DNA of 32,000 bases from Zygophlyctis sp. KS116 (Eukaryota > Fungi > Chytridiomycota): the NCBI GenBank assembly GCA_054661495.1, contig BAAFSQ010000005.1, forward strand, positions 67,267 to 99,266, given 5' to 3'. Under the pieces are notes generated by a model that did no database searches, was not told where the DNA came from, and saw only the letters and a list, made by a program, of their open reading frames with translations. Of the stretch, positions 12,608-23,291 are shown piece after piece (position 1 is the stretch's first letter; every line of letters begins with the position of its first letter). A program made the translations under genes and the position numbers.

Positions 12608-12677
12608 GATCTAGCATGGCTCTTTCAGTCTTTTGGACCAGAGGTTTATGTGTATAGTGTAGGAGTACTTGCAACGG

Positions 12678-15458
12678 ATGAAAGTTACATTCAAGATAAA
12701 CTCTGTTTTATCCAAGGAGCAGGTCAATTATCCAAAGAAAACTAGAAATCTATTATCTAGACTTGCTGTTGCAAAGGACGAAAGAAGGCCGACAGAGCTA
12801 TCAAGGATTTACGCAGAGTTGGGAGACTTGTTTCTTGAAACGGAAGATTGGGCAAAGACTATTGAATTTTCTAGGGAAGAAATATCAAACGCTGAATTAT
12901 TACCGTTGTCCGAAAAGGTTAATAGTCTGTTGAGGGCGAATTATCGGCTTGGAATCGCGTGTAGAGAGTTGGAAGAATATGATTTGGCAATCAGGTTTTT
13001 AGCAATTTTATTTAATCATTTCTAGATATCAAAAGGAGCAGTTTAAAATTGCTTCGAAAATGGATGATCTTCAGGAAAAGACTGATGCGCTTTTTCAATT
13101 GGGTGTTTCTTTTATTGCAAAAGGAGAATCAAATCATGGGACTAGAGAAGATTTTCTAACTGCAATTGATAATCTTAAAAAGGCTGAAAGAAATTCAAAG
13201 CAGTTACTAGGTAATGGACTGTTATTCATTTTAGATTTAAATCCTGTAGATAGGGAGGCTTATAGAGCTCAAATCTATATGAATATTGGGGTTGCGACAA
13301 TGAATATGAAAGATCCAGATAATGCAATTCAGTTTATTGAATACGCCAAGAAAATATTTATTAGAGGAGGTGATAAAGTACAAGAAGCTCAATCATATGC
13401 GAATTTAGCAATTTGTTATGATCAAAAGAATGATACGCGGAAAGCTATAGAGGTGAATCTCTTTAGTAATAAAAATTTAGCTAAATAGATGTGAAAATGC
13501 CATTTATGAACAAATTGCAGACGTGCAAGGGATCAGTAATGCTTTGCGGGACTTGGGATTAAGATGTGAAAAGATTGGTCTATTTTTAGATGCAAGAACT
13601 GCTTACAAAAAAATTATTGGTATTAAATTGTCAGTTAATTGAAAGAGAATCATCAGCTCAATAATGAATTCAATAAAAAAGAAGAAATAGAATGGGCACA
13701 GGTTTTTCTCGAGGCTTTTTATAAATAGGGTGCAATCAAACAATTAGATGAAAAGGAGCAAAAGGCTGCGCAAATCAAGGATCTCGATGATCAAATTGCA
13801 AAGGCACATAAAAGTGAAAATACTCGTGAAGAATTTAGATTTAGGGGCCAAAGGGGAATTATTTATATGTAGTGACAACTTATTTCTCAATCACACAGGT
13901 TTATTAATCATCCAAAAAAGGCTCTATTTGATTTTGAATGGCAGCGCATGATTGCTGCAAAGTTACAAATGAATCAAGAGTCAACCATAAATGTCTTAAA
14001 ATCTTTATCAAAAGCATATCACATGGATGGTCAAAATGATGAATCTCTAAAATGTTTTCGTGAATTACTTCGAGATATGGGAGTTTCAGACGTGGAGGAG
14101 AAATTAGAAATCATCTCTAAAATAGGACCTATACTGCAGCTTACATCTCCCGTACTTAGTTTTAAATAATATTTAGCCATATTCCCAGTTAGAAAGACAT
14201 TTTACTGAATACTTTAACTTGGCCGAACAACTATCTAAATTGCCTCATCAACGCCAGGCATTACTAGGCCTTATTGAAGTCAATCAAAAGCATGGGTACA
14301 ATGACAAATGTCGTATCCAAAAAGCACAGTTGGAGCGTATTGATGGTTTGCTGAAAAAATCAAATTTAGAAACCTTGTCTGTAACACAATATTTCTAATA
14401 GTAGGATGCTGGATCTATAGATTCGGATCTTTTTGCTGAAGATCTGCTCGATGCGGTAGAACCATCGAATGTATCTTTTTGATATTAACAAAAAGTCGTT
14501 TTTTATGAATAGTAAAGAAAACATTATCCTATCGGAAGCGTCATCTCCTCCCGTCAAAGCCAGGAAGAGAGCTGCGTTTAATTTTCTACAGTCCTCACAA
14601 GACTTAGAACCCCACGGGAAAAAGGTAAATATTTTCGTTGATATTAATCGTCAAGGAAAATATGATGAGTGCAAAAAATAAGTTGCTAAGGAAATCAGAG
14701 CTCAATCATTTACAGGTAGATTCGGATATTTCAGAGTTTTCAAATAAGCAGATTGGTTCTCCTGTACGATCAGAAGTGACATCTGAAAAGGAAAAAAGAA
14801 AGGCACATTTAGATTATATCAAAAACAAAAAAAGGTTGCGGAAAAGGTATTTCAAAAATGATTGATTTGTGATAGAAATTTAGTTATGTCATCAAGCCCT
14901 TCGATAACTGAATCAAACCCTCAAATTATCGTTTCGGATGATATATCTGAAAAGTAAACAATTGCGCTTTAACGTACTTAGTAGCCCATCAGCTTTAGAT
15001 GACCGAAAAGCAACAGATTCTTCACAGGCATTCAAAACCGTATTTGAGGAAAATGATTTATTTTTTCCTTGTGTAAATAGCATAGCAAAAGATGATATAG
15101 ACCCGTTAGGATCTGCCAGAGTTGGTCCTAAGGTGAGAATTTTTATATAATCAATAGCACAAAATAAGAGTAACCGTTAAGAATCCTCAGGATGAAGAGG
15201 AAACGTTTGCAATACCGTGTGCATCTGGACCTACAGGAACTCCGAAGACTGTAAGATGGCTTATTGATGAGACATCTCGGAGATACAAAAACCTGTACAA
15301 AATTAAGGTATCATTAGGTGTACTTATTTCTGTAGCCTCCAATACTCAAACTAGTTGCAAGAGACGATCACACAAAAGAATCAGAAACTTTATTTGCTAC
15401 CGATTTATTGGCTGATGTACTTGAACATACTCAGAAAATTTATGCAATTTTGAAATAG
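12678..15458 (+). CDS. Tonsoku-like (TONSL-like) protein: TPRs, disordered linker and C-terminal UBL-like domain
   Basis: 14 introns give one continuous frame: 12995-13025, 13211-13234, 13453-13480, 13620-13645, 13702-13728, 13869-13898, 14152-14176, 14381-14404, 14471-14495, 14625-14655, 14847-14875, 14954-14981, 15133-15157, 15308-15335. The C-terminus KIRVTV..FAIPC..TVRWLIDETSRRY..DLLADVL resembles the TONSL UBL region. Start codon uncertain. Confidence 0.7.
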
Positions 15459-15462
15459 GCCG

Positions 15463-18400
15463 TTAATTTAACCCTTCTGAACTCAGGATTCGGACAATTA
15501 TTCGTCCAATACTTGTTTCTAGAACATTTCTTGAAGGATCTTCCATTTTGAGATCTAATTCAATATCTAGTAATCTTCGCAATGCATTAACCAAAGCTAT
15601 AATTTAATAATATTTTAATCACCGCTTATTCTAGGAAATGCCTGTATTTTGATTGAACTATCCAGTGTTATGATATTGTGATTATGATCGGATTCTAGTT
15701 TGCCCCCAAAAAGTACAATTGGCCATGCAGATATGCAAGTACTATCTCTGAGATATACTTTCGTAGTTTGTATCTTTGAAAAATAAGCCAGAAAAGAATC
15801 CGAAAACTTTCCACATTCAAAATTAAAAGAGCCAGGATGTAAAAACACACGCTCTGTAAAATCAAAGAATTTGAGCTCTGAAGGTTCGGCATCTACCATT
15901 AAAGCACCATTAGCAGTCTTCACATATTTTTGGGGCGGAGGTTTTATTTTTACGATATTAGGATACAGACCAGCTACGATGGCTCCTTTAACTATTCGAG
16001 CGTTATTAGAGTTTGTATTCAAAGGAGACGACAAGCTATAATCGTTCGAAATGTAGCCAATTTCCTTCAAAAGTTCAAGATACTGCTGACGATTGCCATC
16101 AACTTCTACTAAGGCTGCAAAGGAAAGATAATTCTTTGTTCAGATTAAAACTAGCTTACATCCTCGCAGAAAGAAACCCGATCTTTTCTTTTTGGTAGTC
16201 TTGCCCACTCATTATAAGCTTGACATGCTGCTAAAAGATCTGACTGCCCAGAAACAAAACGTTGTTGCCTCCTATTAGGTTATATAAAAAAGTGTCAATA
16301 CAGTTTAGCTTCTTCCCGATTATCTCTCGGATTCAAGAAAACGGGCCGTCCACTCAGGCAAGCAGCTATACTTAAAACAGGCTCTAAACATCCCAAAACA
16401 GCACCGAATATGAGGAATTTTGATAATCGCACATCCATCGGAAATACAGACTAGAATTTATTCATTCCAAATATTACCATGCTCCTTCCCAGTGCTGTAA
16501 GCTCTTCACTTATCTTGTCAATTGCATTAACCTGTTTTAAATAATTTAAAGCTGCTTCTATCTCATTCGTGTTCGGAGCATCAATACACTGAGCAAGAAA
16601 TTTTCTTATTTCACCAAATCCAGAAGCTTTGATAGATAGGCATAATTGATGAAGGGGGGTTCGCAAGATTTCAGGTGTTTGCTGATTTTTCATAAACTTC
16701 TTTTCAAACTTTCGAGTAAACAGCTTAAAGCATATTCCCTCTTGAACTCTGCCAGCTCTTCCTCGTCGTTGCTTACAATTGGCTTTCGAAGCCCATGTCT
16801 CTGTCAAGGAAAGAATATCATTTTTATACTGAAGCTCTGAACATAAAATATTCTAAAAGTTACCTTTCAGTTTTCCAGAGTCTATTACATAGATTACATC
16901 GTCTATAGTGATTGAGGTTTCGGCAATATTAGTTGCTACAACTACTTTTCTAGTTCCTGGAGGAGGCTCTTGAAATATTTTAGTCTGAGCAGCAGATGAT
17001 AAGCTGGAATGCAATGGGAGCAGCAAGATTCGCTGGATATTCAGTTTTTCAATTTCTTTTATGCATTTCGATATTTCCGATTCACCTGTTTTTAGACATA
17101 TAAGCTTACCAGTCAAGAAAATTAGTATTGCCCCCAAATCATCTTTATAAGAGCAAATATAATTAACTAATTTTGCAATCAATATATAGTTGGTTGACTC
17201 TAAGCCTTTGTCGGCCGCTTTCAGAAAATTTGAGATGTGTAAATCGCCTTTATAGAATTCATCTTCATCGTCTTGTTCAATTTTGTTACGATTAGTCCGT
17301 GTTTTATAGTAGTCACTTTCTGAAAATCCTAAATCATGCACATAGTCTTCCAAGTAAAGATCAGTCACAGGGTATGTGAAACCAGGAATATTTAATGTAG
17401 GGGCATTGAAATATGCTGAGAATTCATCAGAGTTAATGGTAGCGCTCATTAGAATTATCTTGATATCTGAGCGATTTTTTGCCAAATGCTTCAGCAAAAT
17501 CATCAAAAAGTCGCCATCCAATGTACGCTCATGAACTTCATCAAATATGATATGAGTGACTTCTGGAATAATCGGATTAAACTGAATCATTCGAAGTAAA
17601 ATCCCAGTGGTAACAAATGTAAGCTTTGTTTCTGGAGAGCATTTCGATTCACCTCTGATTCTATAACCAATCAACTTTCCTAAGTCCTGACATTGCTCAT
17701 CAGAAACTCTTTTGGCTAAAGATGTGGCTGATATCCTTCGTGGCTGTGTGCAAATGATGTTACATGGAATATTAGATTCATAACATGATTCAAGAATAAA
17801 TTGACCAGTTTGAGTAGATTTTCCACAGCCTGTTTCTCCACTAATTATAATTATTTGATTCTTTAAAACCAAATCCAAAATTTGTCGTTTAAAACTATAA
17901 GAAGGCAGTTTCATTCTTTTCGACAATGTTGATTTAAATCTATCAGATTTTTGAATAAGATTAATTTTTTCCCTGTCCCACGGCAATAATTTAAATGATT
18001 TTTGATTTTTATTTGTTTTCAATCTGATCTTGTTTGATGAGATTTGATCCACTGTCGCCACCGTTTCGTGCAGAGATACAAGGGAAGGGGGATCTTCAAC
18101 AATTCGATCTCCATTTTCAAGTATCCATGATGCCAATGAAAACATCATTGGCAATCCCAAACCATGCGAAAATTCCTTGATTAATTCTTTATACATTGCT
18201 AATTTAATATACGCTGGGAGAGAGTCATTCTCCAATGATAAACCGGGTATTTCAAAGGGATACTGTGAAACTAAGCTTATATAGAAATGTATAATTGTTT
18301 CTCCGTGCCACGGAAGAACAATTGATATGACATGTCCAGTTTCACTTTTAACATGCCTTATTGATTCAGGATATATCATTTCCAGTGCCTCTTTTTCTGC

Positions 18401-19351
18401 AGTTATTTCCTCTTCAAGATTTATCTGAGAACATTCCATAAATGGCTGATTTCCCGTAATTCCTATATATGCCTGTTGAGTAATAAAAGTAAACGCATAA
18501 ATTTCATCTTGACTCATCCCAATAGCTTTTTCACACAAATCATGACTTAATCCAGTCTTTATCAATCTTTTTAAAATCAAAGAATTCTTTAAAGAGTCAG
18601 AATCATGTGATTGGATTGTAATCTTATTGGATGTCGGAGGCAAATATTTTGGAGGAAGATCTAACATCAACTTGAACTAATTACCATCTTCAGGAACATG
18701 AATGCAAAGCCAATGAATTGCATCCTGTAAATTTCCTACATAATCTGCAGCCTCTTCAACATGTACTTTACGAAACCCAGCTCTTAAAAGAGATTTTTGA
18801 CTTGTAGAATCTAATTTCAAGTCTTGCACCTTGTAAACTCCCGTGTCTCGTATCAATGCTTCAATCTCTGATCTTATTTCCTGATCTAGAAATATACTCG
18901 GAAGCTGTGCTTTGCCTCTCCCATTACTTTTGACACTATTGATACTATTATTACTATGACTGCTGATCAAAGATGTTGATGATTTTTCGGGAATCCTTGA
19001 TTCTTTTGCACATGAAATTTCAGAGGAATTAGCAGCATGCGACTGTAATTCTTTCCAATAAGCAGAATGATCAGGCGGTAAAACATTTCGCAATGACAAA
19101 TGTCCAGCAATCTGAAAAAGAGCAAAAGTAGCCGCAAAATGTCTAGCATCTTGAGCATCTGCAGTCTCAACGGCTAGTGAATGTGAATATTTCAAAGTTT
19201 TAGATCCCTGGACAATTGAAATCTCAGAATTCCAAGTTTTTTTCCTTGTTGTGATTATAGTATTCTTCCATCCATTCTTTGCACAATGTTCATTAAGAAT
19301 AGTTAGCGGAGTCTTTCCAGTCCAAGATCCGAATCTTCCTTCGCTGGCCAT
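15463..19351 (-). CDS. DEAH-box RNA helicase, DHX57/YLR419W/Ucp12-like (UBA-like, RWD, helicase, HA2, OB)
   Basis: Motifs GETGCGKSTQ, TQPRRISA, DEVHER, LMSAT, ATNIAETSITI, QRRGRAGRV; RWD motif SQYPFEIP. Introns 18661-18684, 17086-17109, 16837-16863, 16451-16477, 16272-16301, 16134-16159, 15597-15622. Confidence 0.9.
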
Positions 19352-19358
19352 GTCAAGT

Positions 19359-19391
19359 CTGGGTTAGTGATTGTGTTATGTCTATGCTCAC
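19359..19391 (-). other. Probable 33-nt 5'-UTR intron of the helicase gene
   Basis: Minus strand reads GTGAGC...CACTAAC-CCAG and ends 7 nt before the ATG. Confidence 0.5.
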
Positions 19392-19523
19392 CACTCAGTG
19401 CAAGAAACTACGCTTTTAAAATGATTATATTGGTGATTCTAGAAAATTAAATCAGGTCTTTGTAATTCTGAATGCCTGATACTATCAGCGACTGATGACA
19501 GTAGAGAAACACAAAGCGTTTTC

Positions 19524-20756
19524 CTACAAATTCATTAAATCATCCATATCCATTCTTTCATCAAACACTCTACCCTCTAAAATTTCAGTCCTATTAACAG
19601 TCCTAGAGACATAATCTTCAGAAAGAGAAAGAGCCTTGTTCCATTCAGAAAATTTAGTCCCAATTTCTTCTAATTTCCCCAATACTTGTTTTAAGTCAAT
19701 TGGAATTTTAGAGTTTGTAAAAGTGATTTCTCCCGATCTATCATCTATCAATATATTCTCTTTAGAAGATAAAAAGCGTTCCAACTCTACTCTTGACAAT
19801 TTGTCTATAGAATCTTTAGAAATAGAAACCCAAGACTCTTTTTCCAAATCATTAAAGTAAATTCTAGAATAAACTTTGACTTGTTTTTCCAATAAATGAT
19901 CTAAAAAACTAGACAAAACCTGTTTAACTAGTCCTAAATTTCCTTGTCTTGCAAATAAATCATAATTCTTCTTGTATTCTTGTTGAATTCTACTAGGATC
20001 CAAAGTAGAAAAAGCATTTGCAAAATCTAAATAAGCCACTCCTTCATTCTTTATTGCTTTTACCAGAATTGAACTTGTATATAATGGAACGTGAGATTTA
20101 TCAGATTTTAGAGAAAACTTGCCATCTAAAATCAATGCAGTTAAAATCAACTTTTTAAAAGCCTGAAGTTGTATTTGAGAAGGTATTTGAGCAGGAACAA
20201 TTAAAACTCTTTTCAAATATTCTAGCCCCAATTCCCTTTGACGTAAAGATAATAGTATAATTCCACCATAGTAATGATAAATCAAGAAATCTGCTACTCT
20301 AGTATCACAAGATATTTTAGAAATTGGGTTATAGAGTAATTCCAATGTACAGTACGGATTATTTGAGCAAATTGCAAAATCCAGATAAATTGAATGAAAA
20401 CAAGATAATTCATGATCTTGTTTAGCGAGAGCAGCAGTAATTTTCCCTAAAGACTTTAAAGCCCAAGATCCATTCTTTCCTATTGAATCTACCAATCGTC
20501 TATTAAATTCTAATAAATCATTGACTAAAACTTGTCTAGTCTCTGCCGTCCAATTCCTAATATCCTCTGTAGAGAGTGAATTAATCCAAGAGTCCCATTC
20601 AGCCAACAAAGCTTTAGAGTCTGCTGATGATCTCAATAGTCTCATAAGTCCTAAGTGGAAACCATTGCCACAAATGTTTGCATTCCTACTCATTAAACAG
20701 CTAAATTGCATTCTATTCCAAAGAGTTTTTAGAAATGTATCAGAGCTTTCGGACAT
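19524..20756 (-). CDS. CSN3: COP9 signalosome subunit 3 (PCI domain)
   Basis: FLIYHYYGGII, IQLQAFKKLILTALILDGK, FARQGNLGLVKQV; intronless. Start is at 20756 or 20645. Confidence 0.85.
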   Translation of the reverse strand: MSESSDTFLKTLWNRMQFSCLMSRNANICGNGFHLGLMRLLRSSADSKALLAEWDSWINSLSTEDIRNWTAETRQVLVNDLLEFNRRLVDSIGKNGSWALKSLGKITAALAKQDHELSCFHSIYLDFAICSNNPYCTLELLYNPISKISCDTRVADFLIYHYYGGIILLSLRQRELGLEYLKRVLIVPAQIPSQIQLQAFKKLILTALILDGKFSLKSDKSHVPLYTSSILVKAIKNEGVAYLDFANAFSTLDPSRIQQEYKKNYDLFARQGNLGLVKQVLSSFLDHLLEKQVKVYSRIYFNDLEKESWVSISKDSIDKLSRVELERFLSSKENILIDDRSGEITFTNSKIPIDLKQVLGKLEEIGTKFSEWNKALSLSEDYVSRTVNRTEILEGRVFDERMDMDDLMNL

Positions 20757-21006
20757 CAAAGATCTTTTAAAGAAGGGAAATATTGAGTTTTATAAGAATA
20801 TATACTTGATCTATCTTGATATAAATTCAATAGATTATATTATAGGAGTAGATGATCTTGCAGATATGGATCTTGCACACTCCTTTTTATCAAAGTTGAA
20901 TCAAGAGTTGGAAGGGATTTGGAAGCCATTGAATAGTACAGTGTTTTTGCTAGAAATTGATAGAATCGCTAGAGTTGTGGATGATGCAGTTTATTCTTAT
21001 TTGTAA
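20674..21006 (+). CDS. Small longin-fold protein, AP-5 sigma subunit (AP5S1)-like
   Basis: 110 aa from ATG 20674: MFAFLLIKQLNCILFQRVF...IIGVDDLADMDLAHSFL...STVFLLEIDRIARVVD. This resembles recalled AP5S1 segments (MVHAFLI; ENLLLAEGTL; STSLLLRADRI). Confidence 0.55.
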   Translation: MFAFLLIKQLNCILFQRVFRNVSELSDIKDLLKKGNIEFYKNIYLIYLDINSIDYIIGVDDLADMDLAHSFLSKLNQELEGIWKPLNSTVFLLEIDRIARVVDDAVYSYL

Positions 21007-21248
21007 TATATACTATATTTATTCCTTGTTGCAAAACAAGTTTCATTCTACCTGAGTGTAAATTACTAGAAATTTACGATTGAAATAAAGAGTCTTTTCT
21101 TTTGTTACAGTGTATGATAGATGTCATTGTCTTATTTTCTATCAGCATCATGATCAGAATGACGATCAGCAGGATTTGGTTCAGACAATAAACACAAACG
21201 ATTCTCAACAGAGCGCAGAAACGCCAAACACGAGACGCGAAACAGAAA

Positions 21249-22319
21249 ATGCAGTGCGCGTCTCAGTCGCTGATGGCTGCTTCAGTTCCAGCAGGCCTGG
21301 TTGCAAATGCATCAGCTTCAGTTGCTGCTGTTCCTGGGCTAATATCAGTAATTAGTATTCTTAGTATTCTTTCCATATCATCTTCACTAGTCTTGATTTA
21401 TAAGCATTTGAATTATTATTGTAATCCAGGATTACAACGGCATGTTACCAGATTATTATTCATGATTCCAATTTATTCTTTATCGAGTCTTGTGTCGGTT
21501 ATATTACCTGATTATTATGTAATCATCTCAGCGATCAGAGATACTTATGAAGGATTTGTGATTTATTCATTCTTTTATCTAATATCTCAATATGTTTCCA
21601 ATGTACAAGAAGATCTAGTAGAAATATTGTCCAAAAAATCTAGGAATATTTTTCCTCCACCGCTATGTTGTTTTAGGAATGATCCTTCTTCTCCCAATTT
21701 TTATTCTTGGACTCGTCTGGGAATATTACAGTATGTCTTGATTAGAATTTCTACAACTATTGTTGCTCTTATACTAGAAAGTATTGGTATTTACTGTTCT
21801 GAATCAATGGATCCTAAATTTGGACATTTTTGGATACTCATTTTAAATGGATTAGGAATGTCTATAGCAATGTTTACTCTGGTTAATTTTTATATAGTCA
21901 TAAGATCAGAAATTGGAGCTTATAGACCAGTTTTACAGTTTTTCTCTGTTAAATTTGTTATATTTTTTGGATTTTGGCAAGGATTTATGATCAAAATGTT
22001 GGCAAGCTCTACAGACTATTTTCCAGGAATTCCAAGACATTATACAACTATATATTTTCAAAATTTACTTACGTCGTTTGAAATGTTTTTAGCTGCTATT
22101 ATCCATTGGATAGCTTTTGATGTTTCTATTTTTAAGCAAGGTAGAGAACCAACTCTAAATTTTGCATCAGCATCTTGGGACTCATTTTATTGGCTAGATC
22201 TTTATCATGATATTATATTCCTGTTTAAATTTATTAGGGATGCATTTGATTTTTCTCCAATCAGATTAAATACTGTTCTTAGTGATGATTGGCAAGATGC
22301 TCCATTAATTGAGCAATGA
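21249..22319 (+). CDS. TMEM184/OST-alpha family membrane protein
   Basis: QRHVTRLLFMIPIYS, RDTYEGFVIYSF, GILQY, QFFSVKFVIFFGFWQ, QNLLTSFEM. Confidence 0.9.
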   Translation: MQCASQSLMAASVPAGLVANASASVAAVPGLISVISILSILSISSSLVLIYKHLNYYCNPGLQRHVTRLLFMIPIYSLSSLVSVILPDYYVIISAIRDTYEGFVIYSFFYLISQYVSNVQEDLVEILSKKSRNIFPPPLCCFRNDPSSPNFYSWTRLGILQYVLIRISTTIVALILESIGIYCSESMDPKFGHFWILILNGLGMSIAMFTLVNFYIVIRSEIGAYRPVLQFFSVKFVIFFGFWQGFMIKMLASSTDYFPGIPRHYTTIYFQNLLTSFEMFLAAIIHWIAFDVSIFKQGREPTLNFASASWDSFYWLDLYHDIIFLFKFIRDAFDFSPIRLNTVLSDDWQDAPLIEQ

Positions 22320-22949
22320 ATCTTGAATTCTTTCACAAATTAAATTCACTGCATCTTGGACCATTTTTTCAATTCCTCCAGAATCTGATGATAGACTTAT
22401 AATTCCTGGTATATTTCCTTGAAAGAAATTCTTATTATATTTTACATACTGTGGCCATACAAAATCATCAAAATAATTTTCTGGATCAGCCCAATATCCT
22501 TCTGTTGTGACATATCCTGATCTCTGCTGTCTTCTAAACTTTAACTTTTCCTTTGATGCAGTCAAGAAAATACAAATATCAAAATTACTATAAATCTGTG
22601 GATCATTATAGAGCATAAAACCATCAACAATCAGTACTCTAGTCTTTGATAAAACCTTTAATTTTTCCTTTAATTCTATTAGAGAATCCAACTTAATATC
22701 TGGAGTCTTTGATTCCTGTAAATGAATCTCTTGATGTTTTTTAAATTCCTGAATTACAGTCTTGAATTCGGACATTTTTAGAGCGTCTGGACAGTCCCAA
22801 TTTGCAGTATTATTCTCTACTGGAATTTCAGAATCAGATTTAAAAAAAGAATCTTGTCTGAGTATTTGAGAGTTTTGCAATAAATAATGAAGCCAAGAGC
22901 AGAGAGTAGATTTCCCAGAGCAGGAAGCACCTCCGACTCCAATAATCAT
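22305..22949 (-). CDS. NRK1: Nicotinamide riboside kinase
   Basis: MIIGVGGASCSGKST, QDSFFK, NWDCPDAL, IVDGFMLY, RSGYVTTEGYWADPENYFDDFVWP. Confidence 0.9.
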   Translation of the reverse strand: MIIGVGGASCSGKSTLCSWLHYLLQNSQILRQDSFFKSDSEIPVENNTANWDCPDALKMSEFKTVIQEFKKHQEIHLQESKTPDIKLDSLIELKEKLKVLSKTRVLIVDGFMLYNDPQIYSNFDICIFLTASKEKLKFRRQQRSGYVTTEGYWADPENYFDDFVWPQYVKYNKNFFQGNIPGIISLSSDSGGIEKMVQDAVNLICERIQDSLLN

Positions 22950-23291
22950 AAACAATCGACCTCTCCTACGCCCAAACAAATCCAAAACTCAAATAGTCAA
23001 AAACTCAAATTTTCAAGCCTTGCGTTATAAGAGATTAGAGATTGCACGTTCCACTGACGCCGCATACACTCGTGCGATAAAACACTGATAAAAACAAGAA
23101 AAATTTGTTGGTCAAGCCAAAAGAACGTGCAGATCAAGCATGAAAAATTTGTTGATCATCCTGCAAAATTTGAGAATCTAGACTGGTCTATTCCAGCCAA
23201 ACCGGGCTTTTTCAAGAAAATTTACAATAATGGCTGGCCCAAATCCAAGTTCCAATCGCAAATACTGGATTAGGTTAATCTGGAATCCGTT

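Noticed and set aside
21110-21355. 81-aa ORF overlapping the TMEM184 start
   Set aside because: No recognisable domain and it begins at a non-ATG codon; probably UTR or promoter sequence.
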